In this document: piece by piece, positions 63,809 to 64,000 of the stretch
Layout: each line of letters opens with the position of its first letter
Position numbering within the stretch: position 1 is the stretch's first letter
Source of the DNA: Raillietiella orientalis
Taxonomy: Eukaryota
Direction of reading: 5' to 3'
DNA: 64,000 nt
Assembly: GCA_036172245.1 (NCBI GenBank)
Contig: JAYWIR010000023.1
Location: forward strand, 744,001 to 808,000
Translations under genes and position numbers: made by a program
The notes under the pieces: model-generated
Told to the model about the DNA's origin: nothing
Databases searched by the model: none
Seen by the model: only the letters and a program-made list of their open reading frames with translations

Positions 63809-63857
63809 ATCTTCTGTGAGCAATCCTTCAGGGCAGTCCTTAAGAAATCCCCGGTAC
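63809..63857 (-). CDS. NCS1: Neuronal calcium sensor-1/frequenin internal exon (EF-hand 1 region): (W)YRGFLKDCPEGLLTED
   Basis: Minus strand reads ttttctag|G TAC CGG GGA TTT CTT AAG GAC TGC CCT GAA GGA TTG CTC ACA GAA GAT|gtaagt. The exon is 49 nt and carries the NCS-family CPxG motif. Its phase-0 end joins the next exon in frame. Confidence 0.95.
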
Positions 63858-64000
63858 CTAGAAAAGAACAGAATGAATTTTCAGGAATGAAGATAATCCT
63901 ATTTATGCTTGATGGCAAAGCCAATTTGTTTAATGAACTTTTCACTTTGAGCGCAAATGAAAAGACGCAACATTCGCGTGTTTTCCATAGGGTTATTTCC

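Overview
Eukaryotic, intron-rich genomic DNA, probably arthropod judging from the frequenin-type residues. Almost all entries in the ORF track are spurious. The only intact coding sequence I can support is three internal minus-strand exons of a neuronal calcium sensor-1/frequenin gene (63809-63857, 60536-60625, 37322-37400). They have canonical AG/GT sites and matching phases and are separated by introns of 3.2 kb and 23.1 kb. I found neither the first exons nor the exon after 37322, so most of the window is probably intronic. The introns hold five other kinds of structure. (1) A family of ~770-870 bp tRNA-headed SINE-like elements with a duplicated B-box, an internal array of ~40-nt hairpin units and two different 3' tails. 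(2) A near-perfect 662-bp inverted duplication of GC-rich, coding-like DNA that brackets the 79-nt exon. (3) A decayed Kolobok-type transposase with a possible KolX/P2X7-ballast-like partner. (4) A minus-strand cluster of decayed host-gene relics (DEAD-box helicase with a fossil intron, ZC3HC1/NIPA-like, C2H2 zinc fingers). (5) Several long, nearly perfect hairpins and a CpG-rich candidate alternative first exon. All relic calls come from matching motifs by eye across frameshifts and need HMM confirmation.
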